Positions 63,001 through 64,000 of a stretch of 64,000 nucleotides of DNA are shown here, one piece after another (the first letter of the stretch is position 1; each line of letters opens with the position of its first letter). The stretch lies in assembly GCA_964291215.2 (NCBI GenBank), contig OZ219791.1, positions 2,336,001 to 2,400,000 of the forward strand, given 5' to 3'. Below the pieces are notes generated by a model, which was not told where the DNA came from, did no database searches, and saw nothing but the letters and a program-made list of their open reading frames with translations. Source of the stretch: Alphaproteobacteria bacterium. Lineage in GTDB: Bacteria > Pseudomonadota > Alphaproteobacteria > MPNO01 > UBA830. Both the position numbers and the translations under genes were made by a program.

Positions 63001-64000
63001 CACACATTCGGCGAGTTCCTGCGCCTTCTGCTTCAGCGACCGGCGACGGTAGGCTTCGCTGGATCTGTAGGGCAGCAGATCACGGTCCTCGGCATAGGCG
63101 ATGAACAGCAGACGGAACAGGACCGTCAACGCCATCTCATAGGTGCGTTCCAGCTCAGCCGGGCCGGGATTGTCGAGATTTCGCGCCGCGGCGATTCCTT
63201 TCGCCAGAACCGGCACAACTTCATCGTAGATCCGTTCTCTCAGGCGCGAGGCCAGGTCTCCGGCGAAGCGGCGCGAATTGTCGAGGATCTCATCGAGGCT
63301 GCCTTGCGGCGCCAAAGCGTCGGCGGAGAAGAGCAGCCAGAGACAGGGCAACTGCCCGTCCGGCAGCAGCGCAGGCTGGCACTCGACATAGGTCTTGGTC
63401 CGTCCACGCCGCCCCACGCCGGCCTGGACCGTCGTGGAATAGAGACGAAGACGGTTGCCCTGGACCAGTATGACCCAAGTCAGATTCTCGGCGTCCGCCT
63501 TGGCGAGGGCGTAACTCACCGGAGACAGATTGTTGAAGCGCGCCGCCCCGGCTTCGGGCACTTCCGTCTCGCGCAGCATCACGGCCAAGGCTGTACGCCC
63601 GTGCCGACTCCGCAGCAGGTCGGTCAGGTTGTCGAGCCGCTCGATCTGGAAACCGAGCGCCATAATCAGGTCCCGACCGCTCTTCCCCAGCGTGGCTCGG
63701 GCCTTCCAGCCGGCGTCGGGCCAATCGGGGCGTTCGGGCACGCCATGCTGCAGCTCGTGCAGGGTAAGAAGGCCCTCATTGGCTATCCCCGGCAGGGCGG
63801 TGTCGAGCGACGGCAGGGCTTGGGCGAGAAACCTCAGCGCGGCATGCCGGTTCGGTTGTCCGAGAACCTCATGGCAGAGCCGTTCCAACTGCCCGGGATC
63901 GATTTCGGAATAAACGGGAGGGTCTTCCCCGGAGGCGCCGCACAGCGCCGCGCCGCCCGGATGCAGGACGACCAGGAGCACCGGGGCCGGACGGCCTGCC
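60060..64000 (-). CDS. Large N6-adenine DNA methyltransferase (Eco57I/type IIG-like), currently frameshifted at a G13 tract; start may lie beyond the window
   Basis: RLLFIAYAEDR, YNGGLF, FGTIYEGLL, RKSSGGYYT, DIAMGSGHFL, GNPPW, DLYKAF; C-terminal RIAFRDVA...LSSIPLDW..R in another frame. Confidence 0.88.
60964..60976 (-). repeat. G13 homopolymer inside the methyltransferase (candidate phase-variable tract)
   Basis: 13 consecutive C on the + strand; TAA follows in the current frame. Confidence 0.85.

Noticed and set aside
1-64000. CRISPR array, rRNA or complete tRNA genes
   Set aside because: No regularly spaced repeat-spacer series or cloverleaf seen; tRNA similarity is limited to ~13-16 bp att-like tails

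Overview
GC-rich, probably alphaproteobacterial chromosome window (inference from gene content) with three zones. (1) About 1.3-16.2 kb is an intact housekeeping block: aldo/keto reductase, xanthine-dehydrogenase-family Mo-hydroxylase L-M-S, queuosine-precursor transporter, arsC, dusA, queG-tgt-queA and an LLM oxidoreductase. It contains a ppc gene destroyed by an ISAzo13-family element and is bracketed by inverted IS1634 copies. (2) About 16.8-42.5 kb is a graveyard of nested IS elements (IS1634, IS110, ISKra4, IS30, IS256, IS630, IS66, IS91, ISAs1, IS4). It also holds a BrnT-type TA pair, a broken serine recombinase and a type I R-M remnant. (3) About 42.9-64 kb is a mobile/defence island: an SMC/RloC-like ATPase operon, an integrase pseudogene, a three-gene putative toxin module, a MOBF relaxase, a PLD-SNF2 helicase and an N6-adenine methyltransferase split at a G13 tract. 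The two most striking signals are: dense 5-7 bp deletions, often microhomology-flanked, almost confined to multicopy IS elements; and a poly-G frame switch placed directly before two tandem, diverged copies of a 20-codon segment in the methyltransferase C-terminal region. All family assignments come from motif recognition by eye; no searches were run.
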